From the IMG/VR virus record IMGVR_UViG_3300035698_021428: a DNA stretch of 49,956 nt; one strand, given 5' to 3'. Below are positions 7,032 to 14,991 of the stretch, in pieces. Each line of letters starts with the position of its first letter. Position 1 is the stretch's first letter. A model generated the notes under the pieces. It was not told the origin of the DNA and made no database searches. It saw only the letters and a program-made list of their open reading frames with translations. A program made the translations under genes and the position numbers. Source of the DNA: a virus.

Positions 7032-7382
7032 TTAGCATTTCTGGTTATGTCTATTTTTTCTACCATTGCCTTTATTTAGATTACCGTAATTCGGCGTAAG
7101 AGAGTGACAATTAGGGCATAGTATTTCCAAATTAGTTTCTACATTATTTTTGTAGTTTCCATCTTTATGATGTATAGTAAGGGGCTTTTTGTTTGTAATT
7201 TTGTTTACTCTATCCCAATTACATTTTTCGCATTTTTCTCCTCGAATCAAATAAAGATATCTTCTAACAAAAGGTGAAATATTCTCGCCAGCTAGACCTG
7301 TTTTTTGTCCATTTTTCCATTTGCTAACATTCGTTTTAAAAACAAATTCCGAACTACATTTACGAGAGCAACATTTATTCAA
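7032..7382 (-). CDS. HNH homing-type endonuclease (116 aa)
   Basis: 'HHKDGNYKNNVETNLEILCPNCHS' HNH motif plus N-terminal Cys pairs. Free-standing inside the tRNA island. Confidence 0.85.
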   Translation of the reverse strand: MNKCCSRKCSSEFVFKTNVSKWKNGQKTGLAGENISPFVRRYLYLIRGEKCEKCNWDRVNKITNKKPLTIHHKDGNYKNNVETNLEILCPNCHSLTPNYGNLNKGNGRKNRHNQKC

Positions 7383-7452
7383 ATGAAAACTGACGAGTGA
7401 AAACTGAATGGACAGAACGAGAAGCTGTCGCCGGACGCATAACCGGCATTTT

Positions 7453-7553
7453 GTCTGCGTAGCTCAACGATAGAGCGCCCAACCTGCGATACAGTGTGCC
7501 CTTGGGAGACTGTCAGCTATGGGATGTTGCTGGTTCGAATCCAGTCGCAGACT
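7453..7553 (+). tRNA. tRNA-like gene (101 nt) with normal acceptor, D and T arms but a ~46-nt irregular anticodon region; anticodon not assignable by eye
   Basis: Acceptor gtctgcg/cgcagac. Arg-like D arm gtagctcaacgatagagc. T arm gctgg-ttcgaat-ccagt. Between them, cccaa...(a/t)tggg encloses the hairpin acagt-gtgcccttgggag-actgt. Confidence 0.5.
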
Positions 7554-7740
7554 TTTTGGATCGTTAGAGGTCTTCCACAGTTTTTATTCGGGCACGAATA
7601 ATGTTATTCTGGATCAAAGGAAGAGCCGGGTCTTTAGCCCTGTAGGAATCGCTGTCAAGGCGAGGAATCTCGAAATCACATTATGCGCATATGTCTTCGA
7701 GCAACGAGATCGGTGAAAGGCCGGCATAACGATCTGATAT

Positions 7741-7813
7741 TCCGTCTTAGCTCAATTGGCAGAGCAGCATACTCGTAATATGCAGGTTATCGGTTCGATG
7801 CCGGTAGACGGAT
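7741..7813 (+). tRNA. tRNA-Thr (CGU)
   Basis: Acceptor tccgtct/agacgga. D arm gctc-aattggc-agagc. Anticodon arm gcata-ctCGTaa-tatgc. T arm atcgg-ttcgatg-ccggt. Confidence 0.8.
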
Positions 7814-7886
7814 TTTAGTGAAAAAGAAGGAAAGCCAATATCGGATTTATTCTCAAAAATTAATGCCAAATTAAATCGATAAACTT

Positions 7887-8705
7887 TTATTCTGCATATG
7901 TTCTACGATACCAACCTTCATCTTGTTTGTGTTTAGATTCATTTAAGAACCAAGTGTAGTTACCTTTTTCTACAGATCCGTCTAACTTCTCGCTTCTAGC
8001 GGAACCATCTAAGAATCCAAAGTTGTTCTTATGATCTCCGTGCCAGTCGCCGTTGACAATATCTTTCTCGTATTTTTCTTCATCTGTATATCTACCTGAA
8101 TCCATCTGCGCCGCATCGCCGAGGACTATAAATCGAGATGGAACTGTCATGATATTGTGTATTTTCATTCGTTCGGTATAATTTCCGCCGCTACGATAAA
8201 GATTTTCAAACCCTTTTTTCGAACCTATATCACAATATAACCAGTCATTTGTAAAGTAACTTGTACCTAAAGCTCTCCCAACTGTGTGTTGATCTTGCTC
8301 ATTATGCCAAACAGTAGGCTCGCCGCTAGCGTAGTAACTTGTCCCGTTGTCTAACGGGCATGCAAAGATTTCTCCTCGTAAGCCAGTTGGGTAATATGCA
8401 TTTACTGGTCGAGCCTCTCTAAGAGTAAAGATATCTAAATCTGGATCATCAATAGCATCAAGAGATCCGCCCCACATCCATCGAACATTTCTTTCATAGT
8501 GCTCATCTGAAACAGGTACATTTTCATCATTTGAATCTGCATACATCGCCCAAGAAAGCAAATGCTGTCTTTGGTTGGATAAGCACTTAAGATTCATGGC
8601 AGTTTTTCTAGCAGAAGCAAGAGACGGAAGAAGAATAGCTATTAGAAGAGCTATGATGGATATAGAAACCAGCAACTCGATGAGGGTAAAACCTTGTTTG
8701 CGCAT
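7887..8705 (-). CDS. prepilin-type N-terminal cleavage/methylation domain protein (DUF1559-like pseudopilin), 272 aa
   Basis: 'MRKQGFTLIELLVSISIIALLIAILLPSL' is the type IV pilin-like leader plus hydrophobic helix. 'ARKTAMNLKCLSNQRQ' and the C-terminal 'HKNNFGFLDGS' resemble the DUF1559 family. Confidence 0.8.
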   Translation of the reverse strand: MRKQGFTLIELLVSISIIALLIAILLPSLASARKTAMNLKCLSNQRQHLLSWAMYADSNDENVPVSDEHYERNVRWMWGGSLDAIDDPDLDIFTLREARPVNAYYPTGLRGEIFACPLDNGTSYYASGEPTVWHNEQDQHTVGRALGTSYFTNDWLYCDIGSKKGFENLYRSGGNYTERMKIHNIMTVPSRFIVLGDAAQMDSGRYTDEEKYEKDIVNGDWHGDHKNNFGFLDGSARSEKLDGSVEKGNYTWFLNESKHKQDEGWYRRTYAE

Positions 8706-8826
8706 ATTTTACTCCGTAAGAATTAACTATGTATATATGCTTGTTTTTCGATAAAAATCCTTCATTGCAAAATCTACTCCCCAAGTGTGGCGGTAAAAAA
8801 TTAGTGTCATACATTTTTGGTATCAT

Positions 8827-9297
8827 ATGAAGAAAGGAGTTATGATGTCTAAGAAAAACGAAGATCATAAGATATATCTAACTTATGAATCTGGCGAAAG
8901 CGGCGGAGGAAATGTGCCAGGAGAATCTGGCCCATATTGCCGACAAGAAGATTCCTATGTAACATTCGAACTTCTTGGAGCATGGACAAAAGAATCAGAC
9001 TGGGTTGAAACAGTAACCGTTAACTTCTTGCCAAAAAGTAACGAAAGAATTTATGTTGTAGTAGTTCGTTATTCATCAGGACATACTTTCGGAAATTCAA
9101 GCGGGCACTGGCACATTGAGGGAGTATACAACAACCGAGACAATGCTGAAGCAATTGCCAAGACAATCGTTAATAAAACCTACAAAGAAGACGGCTACCT
9201 GCCTTGGGAAGGGTACTTCGAACGTCTCGAAGAGGTGAGTGTGGAAAGTATGGCCCCTGATGAAGGCAGGACCGTTTATAAAAATAAGAGTTACTAG
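8827..9297 (+). CDS. hypothetical protein (156 aa)
   Basis: ORF track. Ends in TAG and is followed at once by a strong terminator. Confidence 0.6.
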   Translation: MKKGVMMSKKNEDHKIYLTYESGESGGGNVPGESGPYCRQEDSYVTFELLGAWTKESDWVETVTVNFLPKSNERIYVVVVRYSSGHTFGNSSGHWHIEGVYNNRDNAEAIAKTIVNKTYKEDGYLPWEGYFERLEEVSVESMAPDEGRTVYKNKSY

Positions 9298-9304
9298 GTA
9301 TTCG

Positions 9305-9336
9305 CTGGTGCTGGACTAATCTTCAGCACCAGTTTT
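9305..9336 (+). terminator. rho-independent terminator
   Basis: Stem ctggtgctg/cagcaccag (9 bp), then TTTT. Confidence 0.75.
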
Positions 9337-9369
9337 CAAGTGCAATAAAAATATGATAAACTTGAGTGT

Positions 9370-9912
9370 ATGATTGATTACTCAAAAGATGATTGGTACG
9401 CCCTCGTAAGCAGAACCTACAAAGACCGCACAGAGGCTCGCTCAGGGCTTCCGCTCATGAACCATATCGATGAAGGTTTCAGGATCCTTGAGGCCATAGG
9501 AGCGAATGACGCTGCTATGAGAGCTTATTTCATCCATCCTCTTGTTCAGGATGATGAATCGCTCAAAAAATTCTTCTACGGCGAAGAACGAATAGAAAAT
9601 ATGTACGGCGCTGACTGGAACGGAGAAATCCTTCTTCTAGCCATGGAATACAGATCAGTAGCTAACGCATTTCTCTCTGACATGACTATTCTAGGAGTAG
9701 ACCAGATTCGTTTGAGCCCCCTAAAAGAAGTCAACGATATGTTGATTGCAAGCAAAGTTTTAGATCGCAAGAATTTTGAGAATCTTAAGAACATTTCTCG
9801 TGATTGTTTTGATATCCTTGACAAATATTTTAAGCTATGGCTTGAACGTTTAGGGATTTCAGAAAGGCAATATCAGAAACTTTGTAAAATATCGGTGAGA
9901 ACCTCATCATGA
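9370..9912 (+). CDS. hypothetical protein (180 aa)
   Basis: ORF track. ATGA overlap with the next gene. Confidence 0.6.
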   Translation: MIDYSKDDWYALVSRTYKDRTEARSGLPLMNHIDEGFRILEAIGANDAAMRAYFIHPLVQDDESLKKFFYGEERIENMYGADWNGEILLLAMEYRSVANAFLSDMTILGVDQIRLSPLKEVNDMLIASKVLDRKNFENLKNISRDCFDILDKYFKLWLERLGISERQYQKLCKISVRTSS

Positions 9913-10286
9913 ATAATGAAGAAGAATTGCTCAAAGCAGCTTTAGATCGTTGCGAGATCACTCATGAAGAGTTATCTTCTCACAAGATCTTTTATGAGCA
10001 GATATTCATGGGAGCAGGAGCTAGCCATAACTCTAAAGATAAAAATCGGTTCAATATGGATTTTTCAGGACAGGACTGCGCTTTACTTTACGAAAAAGTG
10101 AGAATAGCTTTATCTATGCTTTCTGGAGTCCAGCAATTAGAAACAAGCATATGTTCTTCACAAATGGAACCCGATGAGCACCTAGAAACGATTGAGTGCG
10201 AAACAGGACAATTAGAAATGATTGTTCAAGAAATAGCTATGGCTCTTACTGGAAAAGAAATAGGATTCAAAAATGAAAACGACTGA
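9909..10286 (+). CDS. hypothetical protein (125 aa)
   Basis: ORF track. Translationally coupled to both neighbours. Confidence 0.55.
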   Translation: MNNEEELLKAALDRCEITHEELSSHKIFYEQIFMGAGASHNSKDKNRFNMDFSGQDCALLYEKVRIALSMLSGVQQLETSICSSQMEPDEHLETIECETGQLEMIVQEIAMALTGKEIGFKNEND

Positions 10287-10701
10287 CAAAGTAGAACTTG
10301 TTGTTGGGGATTCTTATTGGTATGTCCAACTAGGACAAAGAATGACTGATGGGTCTTGGTTCTCTTCGCATCCAGTATATATATTTCCAGCAAAATATCT
10401 CGGACCAGAAGACAAGATGCACAAATTCGAACTAACATGCGCAATTGAAGGTAAAACTGAGCTTCTAGGCGGCTCTGATGAATATACAAGAATCAATGGT
10501 AGGATCTATGCTAATCAAATAAACGCTTGTAAAAGATCTGTGACTGTGAACAAAAAAGGTCGCAGGTTTCAGATGAGCAGAGTAAGAGAATTCAACAACG
10601 TTATTGCTGGACTCAAAACCACAATAGGAAAAATCGAAAAGCCTACCAGAAAAATGTGTTGTTGGCATTGTCACGGAACAGGCAAGCAAAATTACACCTG
10701 A
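10273..10701 (+). CDS. hypothetical protein (142 aa) with C-terminal CxxC pair
   Basis: ORF track. 'CCWHCHGTGKQ' at the C-terminus. Ends TGA TAA. Confidence 0.55.
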   Translation: MKTTDKVELVVGDSYWYVQLGQRMTDGSWFSSHPVYIFPAKYLGPEDKMHKFELTCAIEGKTELLGGSDEYTRINGRIYANQINACKRSVTVNKKGRRFQMSRVREFNNVIAGLKTTIGKIEKPTRKMCCWHCHGTGKQNYT

Positions 10702-11158
10702 TAAAAGAGCGTGGAGCATTGAGCGCGCATCCACTGAACGCCGAATCACTGAGCGACATAGTAGTCTTTTTGACTACATGAGCAAGTGAAGCTCTAAAGC
10801 GAACAAGGCGTTGTAGCAGATCCAAACGGACTGTAAAATCTCAAACCTTGTATGTCCCAACCATCGCAGCCCTGTCAGCCATCGAGCATGACAAGGTTAC
10901 TTGAAGGGTAGAGGCATGGATCTGCGATAAGCAGGTTGATGATTGGGAGAAAGTATACATGTTGGTAGTATGGAACCTTTCTGCGCTTAGTTGATCAGTG
11001 AAACAGATCTATAAAAATCTAACCAGCGCATTTACTTCGGGCCGCAGGACCGAAGTATGTGCCGAGCGAAGCGAGGCTACACAGAGAAAGACGTATATAA
11101 TATCTCAAAAATGACGAAGAAGTAATAGTGAGATCTTTTCAGCAACAGATCTTTAGAT
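10702..11158 (+). other. ~457-nt non-coding region rich in local hairpins, directly upstream of tRNA-His/Gln; candidate large structured RNA
   Basis: TAA/TGA stops are frequent in all frames. Hairpins include gtagtc-ttttt-gactac, acttcgg-gccgcagga-ccgaagt and agatct-tttcagcaac-agatct. Family not recognised. Confidence 0.25.
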
Positions 11159-11241
11159 GGTGGCTATGGCAGATTGGTAATGCACCTGGTTGTGGACCAG
11201 GAACCGTAAGGTTTATGCGGGTTCAAATCCCGTTAGTCACC
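11159..11241 (+). tRNA. tRNA-His (GUG) with encoded G-1 and an unusual 15-nt variable arm
   Basis: 5' g-gtggcta resembles E. coli tRNA-His GGUGGCUA. Anticodon arm cctgg-ttGTGga-ccagg. Variable arm aacc-gtaa-ggtt-tat. T arm gcggg-ttcaaat-cccgt. C73. Confidence 0.7.
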
Positions 11242-11249
11242 CTTTAGTT

Positions 11250-11321
11250 TGGGCTTTAGTGTAATCGGTAGCACAACAGTTTTTGATACTGTCAGTCTGG
11301 GTTCAAGTCCCAGTTGCCCAA
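11250..11321 (+). tRNA. tRNA-Gln (UUG)
   Basis: U1:A72. Anticodon arm acagt-ttTTGat-actgt, the same loop as E. coli tRNA-Gln. T arm ctggg-ttcaagt-cccag. Two U-U mismatches at the base of the acceptor stem. Confidence 0.7.
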
Positions 11322-11336
11322 TTTGAAAGGAAATAT

Positions 11337-11648
11337 ATGTCATCGCAATTTCCATCTAAAGTAAGTCAACTACTTCAAAATTTTGATGGTTGGCTTATCG
11401 GTTCTGCAGCTAATCCTGATAATCAAAACCCTAGAGACTTTGATATTCTCATCCCTTTTCATATGTGGCATAAAGCTTGTCTCTCAATACCTGAAAATGC
11501 CATTCCAAATAGCTTTGGCGGATGGAAGTTTATTGATAATAATGTTGAAATAGATATGTGGCCAGGCGATTTATCTTATCTTGCAGCAAGACCTAGATTT
11601 AAATACGCTTACCACTTAGCTAGCGATACCAGAATAAGTAAAATATAA
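11337..11648 (+). CDS. small nucleotidyltransferase-fold (Pol-beta-like) protein, 103 aa
   Basis: The ATG at 11337 follows the tRNA. 'WLIGSAANPDNQNPRDFDILI' fits the hG[GS]...D.D minimal NTase pattern. Confidence 0.5.
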   Translation: MSSQFPSKVSQLLQNFDGWLIGSAANPDNQNPRDFDILIPFHMWHKACLSIPENAIPNSFGGWKFIDNNVEIDMWPGDLSYLAARPRFKYAYHLASDTRISKI

Positions 11649-11672
11649 TCAAATACTTGAAAGGAAAAACAA

Positions 11673-12300
11673 ATGAGAATCGAGAAACAAGCAAAAGGCG
11701 TTAGACTACTCATGAACGACGAGGCTAAGAACCGGAGGTTGGTTCATCAATGCTTGCGTTGAAGCATCAGAAGCCGCTGGCTTCAATGAAATACTGCTTC
11801 CGCTCATTGAGCCAGAAAGTATCTATGAAGAAAAAGCGGGCACTGAGATTCTTAATCAAATGTACACCTTCAAAGACAAGGCAGGAAGAAACCTCTGTCT
11901 AAGACCCGAAGGTACTGCTACTGTCCAACTTGTTGCGCAGAAAATGCGGAACATGAAAGATGTGAAGCTATGGTATGAAACTCGTTGTTGGCGATACGAG
12001 CAGCCGCAGGCTGGGAGATACCGAGAATTCACTCAGTTCGGCGTAGAGTGGCTGAACCCCCGAAACCCTTCAGAGGCCCGAGAAAGTCTAGAAACGCTCG
12101 CCAGAGCGATTGTAGAGCGGCTGGGAGTTGATTACGAGTGGAACGGAACTGCCAAACGAGGATTGGCGTACTATATTGAAGATGGTTTTGAACTAAGCGT
12201 TCCGTCGCTTGTCGCTCAGAAGCAGGTGATTGGCGGTGGGGCTTATACTGAAGGCATCGGATTCGCCGTTGGCGTAGATCGTATTGCGTTGGCAATGTGA
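11673..12300 (+). CDS. histidyl-tRNA synthetase-like class II core (HisRS/HisZ-like, ~210 aa, no anticodon-binding domain), interrupted by a +1 frameshift near 11735-11745; possible pseudogene
   Basis: RBS plus ATG 11673 gives 29 codons, then TGA at 11760. The +1 frame continues with 'FINACVEASEAAGFNEILLPLIEP', 'LRPEGTA', motif 2 'RYEQPQAGRYREFTQFGVE', 'GGGAY' and motif 3 'GFAVGVDRIALAM'. Confidence 0.7.
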
Positions 12301-12374
12301 AAGGCATCCCGTGAAGGTGCGAATCTTTTCGGGATTTTAGACGATATGCTCTCTGCCTACAATAGGAGATTTTC

Positions 12375-12608
12375 ATGCCAGAGCTAACTGAAAAACGAAA
12401 ACGAATACTTGCCCTTGTTGAAACAATAACAGACGAACAAGCAATAGAATTGGTTTCTGAAGAAGAACTTGTTCCTAAGCTTCCTGTATTTCTACCTGCA
12501 AAAATAAGCAAAGAAAAGCTTCTCGAATTAGCTTTGGATATTAGAAAAACATGGCAGCAAAAAAGATCGTTGAAAAAGACGAGGATCTTAAGTGATCGAA
12601 GAATTTAA
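12375..12608 (+). CDS. hypothetical protein (77 aa)
   Basis: ORF track. AGGAG RBS upstream. Confidence 0.55.
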   Translation: MPELTEKRKRILALVETITDEQAIELVSEEELVPKLPVFLPAKISKEKLLELALDIRKTWQQKRSLKKTRILSDRRI

Positions 12609-12783
12609 GCTGTGCAAAGATTGCGGACGAAAAATAGCATACAAAGACGGAACTCCGATGGAGGGAGATTTTTGTACTGATGTCTGCGAATGGCATTACA
12701 ATGTTCCCCAGGAACAAAAAGATAAAATCAAAGAAATGCTTAAGAAAATAAAAGAAGAAGACAACAGAGAGAGCAGGTTCTAA
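12592..12783 (+). CDS. small zinc-ribbon-like protein (63 aa)
   Basis: GTG start. 'CKDCGRK...CTDVCEWH'. Confidence 0.45.
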   Translation: MIEEFKLCKDCGRKIAYKDGTPMEGDFCTDVCEWHYNVPQEQKDKIKEMLKKIKEEDNRESRF

Positions 12784-12788
12784 CCAGG

Positions 12789-13070
12789 ATGACGACAAAG
12801 AGACCTCTTACGACTCGGGAGAAGAATAGGGCTTTAGCTTCTTTATGTAAGAAAAAAGGATGCAAAGACTGCGGGTCTATGAAAAACCTGACTTTTCATC
12901 ACAAAGATCCAAGTCAAAAAATCATGAACATCAGCGACGGGGTGAGAAAAATGGGGGAATCTCGTTTTAGAAAAGAAATAAAGAAATGCGAAGTAGTATG
13001 TCGGGAGTGTCATGATAGGCTTCATGCTTTTGGGACTAGGTTGAATATATCAGTTAAGAGCATAACATGA
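12789..13070 (+). CDS. HNH endonuclease-like protein (93 aa)
   Basis: 'CKDCGS...LTFHHKDPSQK...CEVVCRECHDRLH'. Confidence 0.75.
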   Translation: MTTKRPLTTREKNRALASLCKKKGCKDCGSMKNLTFHHKDPSQKIMNISDGVRKMGESRFRKEIKKCEVVCRECHDRLHAFGTRLNISVKSIT

Positions 13071-13279
13071 CTGAAAATGAGTTAAAATACGGCAAAAAAT
13101 TAAACAGACTTCTTCATAAAAAAGCAATGGGATATGAGGGCTCTATGATTTTTTCTGAAGGAGTATTATACGGATGGAAGAATGCAGGTTTAATAACTGC
13201 TGCTGAAAGCAGTAGGCTTGTCAAGGCATTTTGTACTGAAAATGATGAAATCGATATGACTTACGAATATGGAAGATAA
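13067..13279 (+). CDS. hypothetical protein (70 aa)
   Basis: ATGA-coupled to the HNH gene. The last 9 nt overlap the tRNA-Ser 5' end. Confidence 0.5.
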   Translation: MTENELKYGKKLNRLLHKKAMGYEGSMIFSEGVLYGWKNAGLITAAESSRLVKAFCTENDEIDMTYEYGR

Positions 13280-13355
13280 TCCCGAACGGTGACGGGCACT
13301 ACTTGGAAAGTAGTTGGAGGTTAATAGCCTTGCGGTTCGATCCCGCTGTCTTCCT
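13271..13355 (+). tRNA. tRNA-Ser (GGA), long variable arm, best folded as 8-bp acceptor / 4-bp T stem
   Basis: Acceptor ggaagata/tgtcttcc. D stem cccg/cggg. Anticodon arm actac-ttGGAaa-gtagt. Variable arm tggaggttaatagcctt. T arm gcgg-ttcgatc-ccgc. Confidence 0.8.
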
Positions 13356-13358
13356 TTT

Positions 13359-13751
13359 ATGAACGAAGAAGAAAAAGAAAAACAAGAGTTGTTAGAAATA
13401 CTCAGAAGTAGCATGAAAGATATAGAGGATAGAAAGGCCTATGTCAAAGCCAATATAGATAAGTTTAGGCTACCTGAACTTGAATATGTAGAGCATGAGG
13501 ATTTACCTGGTATGTATTGGGAAGTATGCGCAATCCCGGTAGATTCCGATCCTCTTAATAAATATGAAGGTCGAGAAGGTAAGCCTTATATTCGTCTTGA
13601 GTGGGGCTGGGATGCGGGTATGTCTGAAGAAGATTTAGCCAAGATGTCTGATGATAGCCCCAGAGGAAAAGAATGGGTGTATTTGGATCTTAGATCGGTT
13701 AAAGGATTGAGAGATAAGCTGACAAAACTTATAGATAAATACGGCGAATAA
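13359..13751 (+). CDS. hypothetical acidic protein (130 aa)
   Basis: The ATG at 13359 lies just after the tRNA. The track ORF 13314 start lies inside the tRNA. Confidence 0.6.
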   Translation: MNEEEKEKQELLEILRSSMKDIEDRKAYVKANIDKFRLPELEYVEHEDLPGMYWEVCAIPVDSDPLNKYEGREGKPYIRLEWGWDAGMSEEDLAKMSDDSPRGKEWVYLDLRSVKGLRDKLTKLIDKYGE

Positions 13752-13780
13752 ATGATGACACCAGATGAAGCAATATTAAC

Positions 13781-13865
13781 GGAAAGTAATCCAGAACGGT
13801 GACTGGCGCTCATTGCTAATGAGTTGGAGGTTAATAGCCTTGGAGTTCAACCCTCCTGCTTTCCT
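13781..13865 (+). tRNA. tRNA-Ser (GCU), same 8/4-type fold and same variable arm
   Basis: Acceptor ggaaagta/tgctttcc. Anticodon arm gctca-ttGCTaa-tgagt. Variable arm tggaggttaatagcctt. T arm ggag-ttcaacc-ctcc. Confidence 0.8.
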
Positions 13866-13882
13866 TTTAGATAGGAATAAAA

Positions 13883-14059
13883 ATGGAATACGGTGCAGTT
13901 GAACGAAATAAAAACGGTAACGATCTTGTTGCAATCTCTGTAATCGTAGATGAAACCCAGGCGTATGAATTAAAGACTATACCTGAGTACAATGAACTCC
14001 TCAAGCAGGGTAATCTTGCCAAAAAGTGCAAAAATAAAAGCAACTGGATAAAAAAGTGA
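13883..14059 (+). CDS. hypothetical protein (58 aa; below the ORF-track size cut-off)
   Basis: ATG 13883 to TGA 14057-14059 (MEYGAVERNKNGNDLVAISVIVDETQAYELK...). Preferred over the minus ORF 13867..14106. Confidence 0.4.
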   Translation: MEYGAVERNKNGNDLVAISVIVDETQAYELKTIPEYNELLKQGNLAKKCKNKSNWIKK

Positions 14060-14065
14060 GTAATT

Positions 14066-14149
14066 GGAAGAGCTTCCGATGGAGCGGTAGTTTGTTTTGA
14101 AAACAAATGTGGTGTAAAAGCCTTGCAGGTTCGAGTCCTGTCTCATCCG
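14066..14149 (+). tRNA. tRNA-Ser (UGA), long variable arm, 7/5 fold with one A-A acceptor mismatch
   Basis: Acceptor ggaagag/ctcatcc. Anticodon arm tttgt-ttTGAaa-acaaa. T arm gcagg-ttcgagt-cctgt. Discriminator G. Confidence 0.7.
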
Positions 14150-14155
14150 TTTATT

Positions 14156-14641
14156 ATGAAAATTAGCTTCGCAACACTTTTAGATTTTTCTGAACTTAGG
14201 TTATTAATTGAATTTGTTCGCAATAAAAAACTTGATTACCCAGGTTATGATGATTGGATTAGCAAAACTAAATCTGAGCTAGACGCAGGTTGGAAAACAG
14301 CAATTATTGCTTGGGAAAATGACCGCATAGTCGGTAACGTTATTTTTCAACCACACAAACAATTAACTGGAATTAGAGAAATTAAAAACCTTAGAACAAT
14401 TAATAAGGTTGCGTCCCGTAAATTTGGTACATTTTTATTAAAACAAGCAGAATGGTACCAGCTAGATACCTATAATGAACTTCTTGCGGATTATCGAACA
14501 GGACAAAAAAGTATTGCGGCTCTTCTTGAAAGAGAAAGATATAAAATTGTCGGAATCAAGCCTTTATACGATGAAATAAATGATGTAATTGTTATGAAGA
14601 AAAATCCTTTCAAATCAATAAGAGATAAACATGAACATTGA
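14156..14641 (+). CDS. possible GNAT-family N-acetyltransferase (161 aa)
   Basis: ATG at 14156 after the tRNA. 'IVGNVIFQP...IKNLRT...ASRKFGTFLLKQAE' loosely fits GNAT motif A. Confidence 0.4.
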   Translation: MKISFATLLDFSELRLLIEFVRNKKLDYPGYDDWISKTKSELDAGWKTAIIAWENDRIVGNVIFQPHKQLTGIREIKNLRTINKVASRKFGTFLLKQAEWYQLDTYNELLADYRTGQKSIAALLERERYKIVGIKPLYDEINDVIVMKKNPFKSIRDKHEH

Positions 14642-14990
14642 TTTAGATATTGTTCCTTCGACTATTGAACAGGCTATTGATATACTTGAACGGTCGCTTT
14701 CAGATGAAGAGCGAAGCATGGTTATTCGGGATAAGGATGCTACTACCACGACTCATCACGGCGATGGCCGATGGATACGAAATAACTGGTCCCTTTGGCA
14801 AAAAGATCTACCGCTTGTTTTAGACTTCAATCGCAGAGGTATCCATCATGCAGACGATATGAGCGGGATACTCCTCACCAGTACCTCTCGACAGGTGAAA
14901 AAAGAACCGTTAGACTTAGATGAGCAGATCCAGTATTATCGAGATTACTGGCAAAGATCAGGTGTTGACCCTGATAACTTGGGAGGCTAA
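14631..14990 (+). CDS. hypothetical protein (119 aa)
   Basis: ORF track. Overlaps the previous gene by 11 nt. Confidence 0.55.
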   Translation: MNIDLDIVPSTIEQAIDILERSLSDEERSMVIRDKDATTTTHHGDGRWIRNNWSLWQKDLPLVLDFNRRGIHHADDMSGILLTSTSRQVKKEPLDLDEQIQYYRDYWQRSGVDPDNLGG

Positions 14991-14991
14991 A

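Noticed and set aside
10702-11158. A protein gene hidden by stop-codon recoding
   Set aside because: TAA and TGA stops are dense in all six frames, not only TAG. No frame stays open for more than about 60 codons.
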